DNA of 64,000 bases from the NCBI GenBank assembly GCA_050949315.1, contig JBMNFL010000001.1, positions 608,001-672,000 of the forward strand. The letters are read 5' to 3'. The position numbers and the translations under genes are program-made. This stretch comes from Bacilli bacterium. Lineage in GTDB: Bacteria > Bacillota_I > Bacilli_A > RFN20 > UBA1709. A model generated the notes under the pieces. That model saw only the letters and a list, made by a program, of their open reading frames with translations. It did no database searches and was not told the origin of the DNA. Shown in pieces: positions 1-9,603 of the stretch; position 1 is the stretch's first letter; each line of letters starts with the position of its first letter.

Positions 1-2
1 GT

Positions 3-2252
3 TTAATCTTACTCTTTGATAATGTTATTACTAAAACAAATAAAAAAGAGTTCAATGTCCCCACTAAAAAACTCGCCTCCTTTAGTTATCGGGCTCGGCG
101 GGTTTTAACAGCGGTCTTCATTGTTCTTTTTGCCAGCACGGCAATTTTACAAAGTCGTACTCCTATCTCTTATATCCTCGCTGATAAAAAAGGTGAGATT
201 GCTGAAACCTTCCCGCCCAATAAGATGTTGGTTCTTGTTTATGAAAATAAAGACGAGGCGGCAATTGTTGACATCGCCGATCATCTTGCTAAAGATAGTA
301 AAATCAAAAGTACTATTTCCTATCCTAGTACGATTGATAAAGCCTATACCTCAGAAGAACTCGTAGACGTGATTAAAGAATTTGATAGCGGCAGAGCCGT
401 TGATACCGAATCTTTAGACATTATCTATTATCACTATCATAAAGAGGGTGCTTTACCGAGCATGAGCTTAGCTGAATTTTTAGATTTCTTAAATAATCAT
501 GCTATTGATAACGAAAATTTTGCTACCCATTTTGATAGTGCTTCTGTCACGGGAATAAATACCCTTGCTAAATTTGCCAATCCTACTTTATTAACAACAC
601 CAGTAGGGACCAGTGCCACTGCTGAATTTTTCGAAATTGAAGAAGCGAAGATCCAACCGGTCTTTGTCATCTACCACGGTAAACAAGTGGAAGATAGAAA
701 AATGAGTTTAGTCACCTTTACCAATTTCTTTGTTGATGGTATTTTGACCAATCCTCTTTATGCTAGCCAAGTTGATGAGGCCACTCAAACCCAAATGACA
801 AACCTTAACAATTTAGTTAATGTGGCCGTCGCAGGAACGGAACTTCAAGCCGCTCAAATGGCCGCTTTAACGGGCATGACTAGTGAAAATGTCACTCAAC
901 TCTATAACTATAAAGCCATGCTGATTGGTGCTCCTGTCACTGCCATGTCACTTCCAGCCTTCCTACAATTTGTTTTAGATGATGTTGTCCCTAATCCCAT
1001 GTTTGCTGGTATGTTTAGCGAAGAGGCCGTCGCTCAATTAAATGGTTTACAAACCATCGTTAATACCGCTATTTCGGGAGTAGAATTAACTCCGACTCAA
1101 TTATCACCCCTATTAGGTGGCGTTTCAGCCGAACAGCTTGATCAATTGTTTATCTTCTATCATGGTCGTGATACTAGTGATAAAAAGATGAGCCCCAAGG
1201 CCTTTGTTGATGAATTACTCTCTAATCCCTTACTAAGTTCAACCTTAGATGAGACCACCACACAACAACTAACCTTTGCTCAATCTTTAATCAATGCGAC
1301 CATCGCTGAGAAAAAATATACTGCCGCCGAAATGACAACTATGTTATCTAGCACCGGTAAAACTATTGATGGTGAAATGTTAGAACTACTCTATCTTTAC
1401 TATGGCAGCAAAGTACATAGCGATGCCACTTGGACTATGAAAATCGCTGATTTCCTCGATTATCTAAACGATACTATCTTTGAAGATTCCCGTTTTGATG
1501 ATTTTATTGATAGCGAAACCAAAGCAGAAGTCCCAGTAATGCAAGAGGAATTAAATGAAAACATTGAAACGCTCAAAGGGCCAAGATATTCGCGCTTAAT
1601 CTTCAGTAGCAGTTATGAAGATGAATCTACAGAAACTACAGCTTTCCTTGATGACTTAACAACACGTTGTAAAAATAAACTCAGCGGTGATTATTATCTA
1701 GTTGGCGATGCTGCCATGGTTTATGAGATGCAGCAAACCTTTGACCAAGAACTAATCCTAATTTCTTTATTAACCGCTGGTGCTATCTTTGTTGTAGTAG
1801 CCCTAGTTTTCCGCTCCCTTATCATTCCTGCTATCCTAGTATTACTAGTTCAATGCGGTGTCTTTATTACCGTCTGTATCGCCGGTATTCAAGGAATGGC
1901 TATCTATTTCCTTGCCCTTCTGATTGTCGAATGTATCCTGATGGGTGCCATGATTGACTATGCTATTCTGTTTACTAATTACTATCGTGAAAAGCGCCAA
2001 GTATTTGGAAAAAAATCAGCCTTAAGAGAAACTTATAAAGATGCCATCCATACCATTATGACCTCAGGTTCAATTATTGTTATCGGCGTTGGCATAGTTG
2101 GCTTTTGCTTTGACAATCCGGTTATTGCTCAAATCTGTATCGCCTTAGCAACCGGCGCTTTTTGTGCCTTAGTATTAGTTCTCTTTATCCTGCCTGGTTT
2201 GCTATCAGTCTTTGATAGATTGATAATTCGCAAACCTAAAGAAAAATTATAA
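3..2252 (+). CDS. MMPL/RND-family transporter, 5'-truncated by the window edge, with repeated extracytoplasmic modules
   Basis: The frame of ORF 225..2252 is open back to position 3. The C-terminal TM bundle carries the MMPL-type 'GAMIDYAILF' motif. Confidence 0.85.
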   Translation, partial: LILLFDNVITKTNKKEFNVPTKKLASFSYRARRVLTAVFIVLFASTAILQSRTPISYILADKKGEIAETFPPNKMLVLVYENKDEAAIVDIADHLAKDSKIKSTISYPSTIDKAYTSEELVDVIKEFDSGRAVDTESLDIIYYHYHKEGALPSMSLAEFLDFLNNHAIDNENFATHFDSASVTGINTLAKFANPTLLTTPVGTSATAEFFEIEEAKIQPVFVIYHGKQVEDRKMSLVTFTNFFVDGILTNPLYASQVDEATQTQMTNLNNLVNVAVAGTELQAAQMAALTGMTSENVTQLYNYKAMLIGAPVTAMSLPAFLQFVLDDVVPNPMFAGMFSEEAVAQLNGLQTIVNTAISGVELTPTQLSPLLGGVSAEQLDQLFIFYHGRDTSDKKMSPKAFVDELLSNPLLSSTLDETTTQQLTFAQSLINATIAEKKYTAAEMTTMLSSTGKTIDGEMLELLYLYYGSKVHSDATWTMKIADFLDYLNDTIFEDSRFDDFIDSETKAEVPVMQEELNENIETLKGPRYSRLIFSSSYEDESTETTAFLDDLTTRCKNKLSGDYYLVGDAAMVYEMQQTFDQELILISLLTAGAIFVVVALVFRSLIIPAILVLLVQCGVFITVCIAGIQGMAIYFLALLIVECILMGAMIDYAILFTNYYREKRQVFGKKSALRETYKDAIHTIMTSGSIIVIGVGIVGFCFDNPVIAQICIALATGAFCALVLVLFILPGLLSVFDRLIIRKPKEKL

Positions 2253-2262
2253 AAACAGATAA

Positions 2263-2294
2263 GAAAGAACACCTGATGGTGTTCTTTTTTCTTT
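2263..2294 (+). terminator. Rho-independent terminator
   Basis: AAAGAACACC-TGAT-GGTGTTCTTT stem followed by a T tract just after the MMPL stop. Confidence 0.8.
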
Positions 2295-2499
2295 TGAAAA
2301 AATATTATAAGCCGATTGAATAAAGATTCCATTGTTTCCTATATTAATTATTCTATTGAACTTTTTTACAATTAATTGGGTTTTTGTTCAACAGCTAAAA
2401 TTTGTCCAATAAATGGAAAATCAGTATTTTTTGGGAAAAACAGAAAAAATTAAGCACTTCTTTTCAAAGGATTACAACTCTTGTAAACATAACTCAAAA

Positions 2500-3201
2500 C
2501 TACACAAAATCTAAAACACTTTTAAAGTTATATATAACACTACATTTAATCTTGTTTGCGTTTTCAAATTTATTAGTATTTAACCATATTGTTTTCAAGC
2601 CAACTGATGTAGCTCCAATAACATCGGTTTTATAATCGTTTCCAACATATACAATATCTTCTTTATTAATCTTAATATTTTCAGTCAGAATATCATCTAA
2701 TATAATTTTAAAAAATTTCTTGCTTGGTTTTCTAACACCATAATCAGCACTAGAATATATCTTTTCAAAATAATGTAAAATACCATATTCTTCAAGTAAC
2801 TTTTTAGTGGCCACAGCTCGAAAAATCGAGTTAGAAAGAATAAACATTCTTATCCCTTTTTTGTATAAAGCTTCCAAAGTTTCCTTCACTTCCTGAGATA
2901 AAAAAACTTTTTGCATTTTTTTCATTACATTATATTCAACTAAGTCGAAGTCTAATATATCATTCTCTTTGAATCTTTTAAAAAATAATTTTATCTCATC
3001 ATTAATCAAACATACCTCAATATTTTCAGTTATTCTTTTTTCATATAATGGCAAAAACGTATCAGCATATTGTTTAAAATCCATGTATGAACATTTGTCT
3101 GAAAAATAATTTTCATAAAGATAAATCAAACCATTTTCAAAATTAAATGATTTATTTGTTAAAACCGTATCATATAAATCAAAAATAATAACTTTATTCA
3201 T
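2500..3201 (-). CDS. HAD-superfamily hydrolase
   Basis: Motif I FDLYDT, 'ILSN', 'RKP', and motif IV 'YVGNDYKTDV'. Confidence 0.9.
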   Translation of the reverse strand: MNKVIIFDLYDTVLTNKSFNFENGLIYLYENYFSDKCSYMDFKQYADTFLPLYEKRITENIEVCLINDEIKLFFKRFKENDILDFDLVEYNVMKKMQKVFLSQEVKETLEALYKKGIRMFILSNSIFRAVATKKLLEEYGILHYFEKIYSSADYGVRKPSKKFFKIILDDILTENIKINKEDIVYVGNDYKTDVIGATSVGLKTIWLNTNKFENANKIKCSVIYNFKSVLDFV

Positions 3202-3206
3202 TTTCT

Positions 3207-4211
3207 TTATTTATTATCAATCTTTTTGACCTTATCATTTATTGTTTTAATAGTCTTTAAATATTCTTTCTCAACTTTTGTTAAAGTTTTAACTTGATAT
3301 TTTCTATATTCTTCTCTTGCTTTTTCAATAGCTTGTTCATGAGAAATTGTCCCCGCATTTTCCAAGATTGCTGCCCCTGCAGTGGAAAAAATTGAATCTA
3401 AATATTTAATATGATCTTTCATATACATAGGTATTTTTCTTATAGCGTTTATCTCCGCAAAGTCAAAATAACCAGAAACCATATTATTTAAAATCTTTAG
3501 TTCTTCTTTAGTTAAATAATTTTTTGCAATACTAATATCTTTCATTCTTGGTAATTCACCTTCAAAATTAGTAAGTCCCATAAAAGGTTTATTTGCATCT
3601 ATACGATCATATATTATTTCCGCAGCAGTATTTCCGTGAACTGCATAATGTAATTTGTTTTGAACAATTTTAAAAAACTCGAGAGTTTCTTCCGTTTTAG
3701 GATCATAATCAATACTAGTGGCATATAAATCTAAAACCTGACGACATATTACCTTTTCAGAAGAACGAATATCACGAATTCTATCTATTAGTTCTTTCCA
3801 ATAGTTTCCTCCACCAAGTTCTTTAAGTCTTTTATCATCCATGGTAAAGCCTTTTATCATATACTCTTTTAAACGTTCAGTAGCCCATATTCTAAATCTA
3901 GTAGCAATAGATGACTTTATCCGATAACCAAGAGAAATTATCATATCTAAATTATAATGCATGACATTATAGTTTTTCCCATCCGTAGCAGTTATTCGGA
4001 ATTTCCGAACAACTGCATTTTTGTCTAATTCTCCTTCAGCAAAAATATTACTAATATGTTCACTCACATTAGATTTGCTCGTTTGATATAATTCTACAAG
4101 TTGGTCTTGGGATAACCAAATTGATTCATCTACTAATTTTACCTCTATATTCGTTAAACCTTCTTCGGTCTTATAAATTATTATTTCACCCTTACCATCT
4201 TTAACCGACAT
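3207..4211 (-). CDS. RhuM-family (virulence RhuM / putative DNA-binding) protein
   Basis: Characteristic 'HYNLDMIISLGYRIKS..ATRFRIWAT' and 'RIRDIRSSEK', 'VQNKLHYA'. Confidence 0.9.
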   Translation of the reverse strand: MSVKDGKGEIIIYKTEEGLTNIEVKLVDESIWLSQDQLVELYQTSKSNVSEHISNIFAEGELDKNAVVRKFRITATDGKNYNVMHYNLDMIISLGYRIKSSIATRFRIWATERLKEYMIKGFTMDDKRLKELGGGNYWKELIDRIRDIRSSEKVICRQVLDLYATSIDYDPKTEETLEFFKIVQNKLHYAVHGNTAAEIIYDRIDANKPFMGLTNFEGELPRMKDISIAKNYLTKEELKILNNMVSGYFDFAEINAIRKIPMYMKDHIKYLDSIFSTAGAAILENAGTISHEQAIEKAREEYRKYQVKTLTKVEKEYLKTIKTINDKVKKIDNK

Positions 4212-4387
4212 AAACTTTCCTCCATTTATGATTTAATATAGTGTCATATTTTTAATGTTTTATTCATGTATATTTTAGCATAAATCTATGGTCAAATAAA
4301 GACAATGCGCGAGATATTATTGATTATATTTTAAATAGTTTCTACTCTTGAAATACAAACTAAAATTATACGATTTTTTATTAAAAA

Positions 4388-4424
4388 AACTGCTTTAAGT
4401 CATCATTTAAACTTACAGCAGTTT
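4388..4424 (-). terminator. Terminator downstream of tRNA-Gly
   Basis: AAACTGCT..TAAGT / ACTTA..AGCAGTTT imperfect stem with an A tract on + (T tract on -). Confidence 0.55.
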
Positions 4425-4488
4425 ATATATTAATTAGTTTATTTGGCTTTAGAAAGCTGCTTATCATAAAACTAATCTAACATTTATT

Positions 4489-4562
4489 TGGAGCAGATGA
4501 CGGGAATCGAACCCGCATAGCAACCTTGGCAAGGTTGTGTTCTGCCACTGAACTACATCTGC
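4489..4562 (-). tRNA. tRNA-Gly(GCC)
   Basis: Reverse complement GCAGATGTAGTTCAGTGGCAGAAC..CTTGCCAAG..GGTTCGATTCCCGTCATCTGCTCCA. Confidence 0.95.
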
Positions 4563-4581
4563 ATTTAGAAAGGCAAGTCTC

Positions 4582-4610
4582 ATTATACCTTGATTAAACT
4601 TGCCTTTCAA
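4582..4610 (-). promoter_or_regulatory. sigma-A promoter of tRNA-Gly
   Basis: TTGAAA (4605-4610), 17-bp spacer, TATAAT (4582-4587) on the minus strand. Confidence 0.65.
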
Positions 4611-4616
4611 CTCTTT

Positions 4617-4931
4617 TTAGATTATTTTCGCGATTGCTTTATCAAAATTGGCCTTTGGCCTGAAGCCTACTAGAGTATCAGCGACTTCCCCATTTTTGAA
4701 AATAATCACGGTAGGAATGCTGTAAACTCCATAGCGGGCGGCGATGGCCTCAACTTCATCAACATTTAATTTATAGACTTTTAATTTATCTTCGCTATAA
4801 CTATTGCTGATCTCTTCAATGACTGGGCCTAACATCCGACAGGGTCCGCACCAATCAGCATAAAAGTCCACTAGGACTGTGCCATATTTGACGGCTTCAT
4901 CAAATTCTTTAACACTTTTAATATATTTCAT
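4617..4931 (-). CDS. trxA: Thioredoxin
   Basis: WCGPC active site, 104 aa. Confidence 0.95.
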   Translation of the reverse strand: MKYIKSVKEFDEAVKYGTVLVDFYADWCGPCRMLGPVIEEISNSYSEDKLKVYKLNVDEVEAIAARYGVYSIPTVIIFKNGEVADTLVGFRPKANFDKAIAKII

Positions 4932-5005
4932 CTTCGTTTCCTCCTTTTACAGTTTATATGATAAAAGTTAAATTGTGGGAAAGCAAATAAGATGCTTAAC
5001 AATCG

Positions 5006-5917
5006 CTAATTGCAGGAATTTTTACCATAACTATCTTCTTCATAGTATTTGACACCATTGTCTTTTAGGAACTTTTTAATGACATCGGCGTGCAAACAAC
5101 GGCTGAGTAAGGCAAAGGGATGGGTACTATTCAAAACATCCTGCCCTTCAGCGAAGAGATGGTAAGGAATGGGGTTATTGGCATTAGGAATGGCAATGGT
5201 TTGAAACTGCATCCCATAAACAATACCAAATTGATCAAAAAGCGGTCCGCCAGCCATACCATTGAAACTCGGAGTGCTTAGCTCAATCGCAAAGTTTACA
5301 TCATCATCTACCACATTTCTAGTGACCATGCCCTCCTGAGGGAAAGATGGGGAAAAGAAGTTTCCTTCCTTGGTCCAAACAATCTCATCTTTTTCGGTAT
5401 CATATTTATAGTTAGTAAACTCTGGGAAAGGATAGCCAAGCCGGCAGAGAAATTGTCCTGGTTGTAAAGGACCCTTATCTTTTGTAAAAACCGCATGCCC
5501 TTGATAGAGTTTGTTTTCATAATCTTTGAAACGAATTAAAGCGAGATCATACTTGGGATGTTTAACACACTCAAAACCGCCGATTTTAGCAAAACAACCG
5601 ACAAAAGTGTTTTTCATATCACAGATAACATTATCTTTGAGTTTATATTTTTCCTCTAACTCTTCTAACTCCATCTCGTAACGATAATCATCATGGAGAT
5701 TCTTTTTTTCTTCAAGAAACTGGTGATAAATTTTAAACATATTATCACCAGCCACTAGCATATCCATCGTTCGCTTAGAACAGATGGCGCAGCCCTCATC
5801 ATTAACGAAGAAAATGGTGCTGCTAACCGGTAAGACCTTTTCACTCTTGTAGGCTCTTTGAATCGTGTTGATACAACGCGTGTACTTATTGGCTTTTTTA
5901 ATGGCATCTTCAAACAT
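5006..5917 (-). CDS. Trypsin-like serine-protease-fold protein, apparently catalytically degenerate
   Basis: Trypsin_2-like layout (FFVNDEG, 'YDLALIRF', 'LGYP', 'GGPLFD') but the His and Ser positions are substituted. Confidence 0.65.
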   Translation of the reverse strand: MFEDAIKKANKYTRCINTIQRAYKSEKVLPVSSTIFFVNDEGCAICSKRTMDMLVAGDNMFKIYHQFLEEKKNLHDDYRYEMELEELEEKYKLKDNVICDMKNTFVGCFAKIGGFECVKHPKYDLALIRFKDYENKLYQGHAVFTKDKGPLQPGQFLCRLGYPFPEFTNYKYDTEKDEIVWTKEGNFFSPSFPQEGMVTRNVVDDDVNFAIELSTPSFNGMAGGPLFDQFGIVYGMQFQTIAIPNANNPIPYHLFAEGQDVLNSTHPFALLSRCLHADVIKKFLKDNGVKYYEEDSYGKNSCN

Positions 5918-5933
5918 ATTAATCCCTCCTAAA

Positions 5934-7631
5934 TTAATTAAAACTATTTATAATTTTTTTAAGCGCTTGAGCAACTTGCTGCTCTTTTAAAAGCGCTGTC
6001 TCTTTATCTTGGGCTTTGATAGAAATATAAACCTTGAGTTTAGGTTCCGTTCCTGATGGACGAATGATAATTGAACAATCACCCACCAATTGATATTTTA
6101 CAACATCGGCCGGAGGTAAACCATCTAAACCTTGGAGATAATCTAAATACTTTTCGATAGCCTTGCCACCAATTTCTTTAAGCCCCTTACGGAAGTAAAG
6201 CATAACTTCCTGCATCTTTTTAAAACCACTGAAACCGATAAATTCATAGGAATGTACTGTATTTAAATAATATCCGTATTTCCGATACAAATCTTCAATT
6301 TTACTGGCCAGACTTATACCTTGGTTATGATAATAACAAAACATCTCACACACCAAAAGCGCGGCATTGACGGCATCTTTATCGCGAACATAAGTACCAC
6401 TTAAATAACCATAACTCTCTTCAAAGCCAAAGACAAAACTGTCCTCTTTTTTCTTAGCCTCTAAACGATTGATTTGGTCACCGATATATTTAAAACCCGT
6501 CAAAACATTGATTGTTTTTAAACCATAAGTAGCGGCTACTTCTTCGGCCATATCACTTGAAACAATCGTTTTTATTAGAAGTGGATCTTTAGGCATCTTG
6601 TTCTGCTTACTTCTTTGATGACAGATGTAATCTAACAAAAGTATTCCACTTTCGTTACCGCTTAAAAGGCGATAATTGTCCTTTTCCTTAATAGCAACTC
6701 CTAAACGATCACCATCAGGGTCACTGGCTAAAAGCAAGTCGGCTTGATATTTTTTAGCATATTCTAAACCGAGTTCTAAGGCTTCTTTAATTTCTGGATT
6801 TGGGTATGGGCAAGTTGGGAAATGTCCATCTGGCTCCGCCTGTTCTTTAACAACTATCACCTGTTTATAACCACATTCTTCTAAAACTCTAGTAACTGGA
6901 ACTAGACCAGTTCCATTCAAAGGCGAATAGATAATGCGAATGTTTTTATTGATCTTAGTGTCTAATAAACTCTGCTTTTTAACTTCTTTTAAATAGGCTT
7001 GAAAAACCTCATCATCAATATAATTAATGCTTCCTTTTTCCATTGCCTCTTCAAAACCAAGCACTTTGACATCCGAGAAGATATCAACCTTTTGAATTTC
7101 TTTAAAAATACCCTCTGCCATTTCGTTAGTAATTTGGCAGCCATAATGATCATAGGCTTTATAACCATTATACTGAGCAGGATTATGAGAAGCGGTAATC
7201 ATGACTCCACCCGCACAGTTAAGATACCGCACCGCAAAAGAAAGGGCGGGTGTTGGCATTAAGGTTTTATAAAGATTAGCCACTAAGCCGTTAGCTGCAA
7301 AGACTTGAGCACTGATCTTGGCAAAGAGCAATGACTTAATCCTAGAATCATAACTGATAGCTACTTTCCTTTTAGCTAAGGGATAATGTTTAAGTATATA
7401 ATTAGCAAAGCCCTGTGAGACTTTCGCAATCGTATAGACATTGACGCGATTGGTCCCGGCTCCTAGTTCACCTCTTAAACCACCTGTTCCAAATTCTAAA
7501 TCACGATAAAAAGCATCAATGATCTTCTCTTCATCCATGCTAACAAGTTCGGGAATTAGATCAGGATCGGCAACCGCTTTTTTAAGCCACAAATCATATT
7601 GCTCTTTTATTTTTAAATCCATCTCTTTCAC
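5934..7631 (-). CDS. pgm: Phosphoglucomutase/phosphomannomutase
   Basis: FGTGGLRG, TASHNP, DPDGDR, GFEES, RPSGTEPK motifs. Confidence 0.93.
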   Translation of the reverse strand: MKEMDLKIKEQYDLWLKKAVADPDLIPELVSMDEEKIIDAFYRDLEFGTGGLRGELGAGTNRVNVYTIAKVSQGFANYILKHYPLAKRKVAISYDSRIKSLLFAKISAQVFAANGLVANLYKTLMPTPALSFAVRYLNCAGGVMITASHNPAQYNGYKAYDHYGCQITNEMAEGIFKEIQKVDIFSDVKVLGFEEAMEKGSINYIDDEVFQAYLKEVKKQSLLDTKINKNIRIIYSPLNGTGLVPVTRVLEECGYKQVIVVKEQAEPDGHFPTCPYPNPEIKEALELGLEYAKKYQADLLLASDPDGDRLGVAIKEKDNYRLLSGNESGILLLDYICHQRSKQNKMPKDPLLIKTIVSSDMAEEVAATYGLKTINVLTGFKYIGDQINRLEAKKKEDSFVFGFEESYGYLSGTYVRDKDAVNAALLVCEMFCYYHNQGISLASKIEDLYRKYGYYLNTVHSYEFIGFSGFKKMQEVMLYFRKGLKEIGGKAIEKYLDYLQGLDGLPPADVVKYQLVGDCSIIIRPSGTEPKLKVYISIKAQDKETALLKEQQVAQALKKIINSFN

Positions 7632-8389
7632 CTACTTATTTTTTTAGCAACCTTAACAGTCGTAGGGTCAAAATTCTCAAAGATAACATTATCAAAAAGT
7701 TCATGAGTCTTTTTATAAATCTCACTATCACGAACAGTCCAACAAATAACACATAAGCCCTTCTTGTGAAGTTTTCTTATTCTAGAAGTATAATAATTAT
7801 AATCCGTACTGATAAAATCGGGTTTTGAAAGGAAATTGGTCAGTAAGTTTTTTAACAAGAACTTGCTAAAAATACTCAAGGATTTCTCGCCTTTAAAAGA
7901 ACAGACTAATTGACCACGAATAAAATCAGGTGCCTTTTTTAAAAACATATTCATAATCAAAGGGTTAAAAGATTTGACTACAAAAAGGCCCTTATACTCT
8001 CTTAACATCGCGATCGCCTTATCAACTAATTCCTCGTTATCGGGTTTATAATCTTTAAGTTCAACCACGATTAAGGTTTGTTTATTAACTAGATCCAAAA
8101 CTTCCTTCAAGGTTGGAATGGTATAATCGGTATTGGCTAATTTAAACTGCTGAAGTTCGGCTAAAGTATAATCATGCAGAAAGCCTTTAACTCCCGTCAT
8201 CCGCTCTAAGTCTAAATCATGAAAAACCATAATTTCTTTATCTTTAGAAAGTTGAATATCCAGTTCAATATAAAAATTATTATTAACCGCCAAAGCAAAG
8301 GCCCCTAAACTGTTTTCAGGGTTGCTTGCATCGTGATAGCCCCGATGGGCGATAGGTCTTCTTGTTAAAACGCTGACATCTCTATACAT
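7628..8389 (-). CDS. Glycerophosphodiester phosphodiesterase
   Basis: AHRG, PENS, ELD, FHD motifs. Confidence 0.92.
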   Translation of the reverse strand: MYRDVSVLTRRPIAHRGYHDASNPENSLGAFALAVNNNFYIELDIQLSKDKEIMVFHDLDLERMTGVKGFLHDYTLAELQQFKLANTDYTIPTLKEVLDLVNKQTLIVVELKDYKPDNEELVDKAIAMLREYKGLFVVKSFNPLIMNMFLKKAPDFIRGQLVCSFKGEKSLSIFSKFLLKNLLTNFLSKPDFISTDYNYYTSRIRKLHKKGLCVICWTVRDSEIYKKTHELFDNVIFENFDPTTVKVAKKISR

Positions 8390-8390
8390 A

Positions 8391-9497
8391 TTACGCTCTC
8401 CTTGTCCTAGCTGAAGTAGAAATTACCGAGGTGGTCTCTTCGATTAACCCCTCATAACTATAGGTGATATGAATCTCATAACGAACAAACGAAGGTAAAT
8501 TATCAAAACGCAAGTCTTGATAACTTGTTTGCTCAGCCGTCATTGTTTTCTCTAATGTGATTTCTCCAGCATCATCTTTACTATATAATTCGATCTTTTG
8601 AACTGTGGCCTCATTAATCTTCAAAGAGAATTCAATAGATGAAGAAGTGGTGCTAACATCGACAATATTTAAAGGAGCATTAGCAATGCTAATTAGTGAT
8701 AAGGCCGTAGCCACACCGTTATAAATCATATGCGCCAAAATAGAGTGTGCTAACTTCCCTTTCTTGTAATAGACTATACAAAAAATCGCGCCAGCTGCCA
8801 CATAGGCTGGTAAACTGCGCAAGTCATTTAGTAATTCGGCAAGATCTCCTGTTCCCGCATAATTAGAAACACTGGACATCATATGAATACCACCAAAAGC
8901 TAAAGCGGTGATGATAAAGGCTAAAGCAAGATTTTTCTTCGATAAGGGTTTAAATAAGTAATAACGAAAGATAACCTCTTCAGCAATCGGGGCGATAATA
9001 CAGGTAAAAATCGCACCTAAAAGAGGAGCAACCAATAATAATTCTTCAATGGTTGATTGGTTAGCGTTAGTTTCAGCAACACTGCCAAAAATCATGCTAT
9101 CTAATAAATTTAAAATAATAGTTGATAAATAGATGGCGGCAGCGTAAGTAATCCCACTTAACAAGGCCTTACTATTAAAACCTTTAGCTATCTTTTTAAC
9201 TACGCGCTTAGAAACAAGCATCATTGAGCCAACCACAATCACTGCCGTTATAATTTGAGCAATTGTTGAAAGAACTGCTAAATCAGCGGAAGTGTAAGGA
9301 AAAAAGAAGATGGTCAAAAGATAAAAGGGAATAGCCGAAAAAACAGTGCAATAACCAAGCCCTAATAAAATACCAATTATGGTCTCTTTTTTATTAGGTG
9401 TCTCATCATCCGGCTGCTTTTCTGGCTCTTCTTTTGGTTCTTCATCGACAAAATTTATATATTCATAGCGTTCTTCATCACTATTTAAAGGCAACAT
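8391..9497 (-). CDS. CPBP (CAAX/Abi) intramembrane metalloprotease with a C-terminal extracellular beta domain
   Basis: 'APIAEEVIFR', 'FGGIH', 'HMIYN'. Start moved to ATG 9497 behind an AAGGGGG RBS. Confidence 0.88.
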   Translation of the reverse strand: MLPLNSDEERYEYINFVDEEPKEEPEKQPDDETPNKKETIIGILLGLGYCTVFSAIPFYLLTIFFFPYTSADLAVLSTIAQIITAVIVVGSMMLVSKRVVKKIAKGFNSKALLSGITYAAAIYLSTIILNLLDSMIFGSVAETNANQSTIEELLLVAPLLGAIFTCIIAPIAEEVIFRYYLFKPLSKKNLALAFIITALAFGGIHMMSSVSNYAGTGDLAELLNDLRSLPAYVAAGAIFCIVYYKKGKLAHSILAHMIYNGVATALSLISIANAPLNIVDVSTTSSSIEFSLKINEATVQKIELYSKDDAGEITLEKTMTAEQTSYQDLRFDNLPSFVRYEIHITYSYEGLIEETTSVISTSARTRRA

Positions 9498-9603
9498 GCT
9501 TAACCCCCTTAAATTTATTAATAAATTTCTATGGCTAAATATTAGCATAAACAGTTCAAAATTACATTAAATATGTTAAAATTAAGTCGTTTAGGAGAAA
9601 AAT

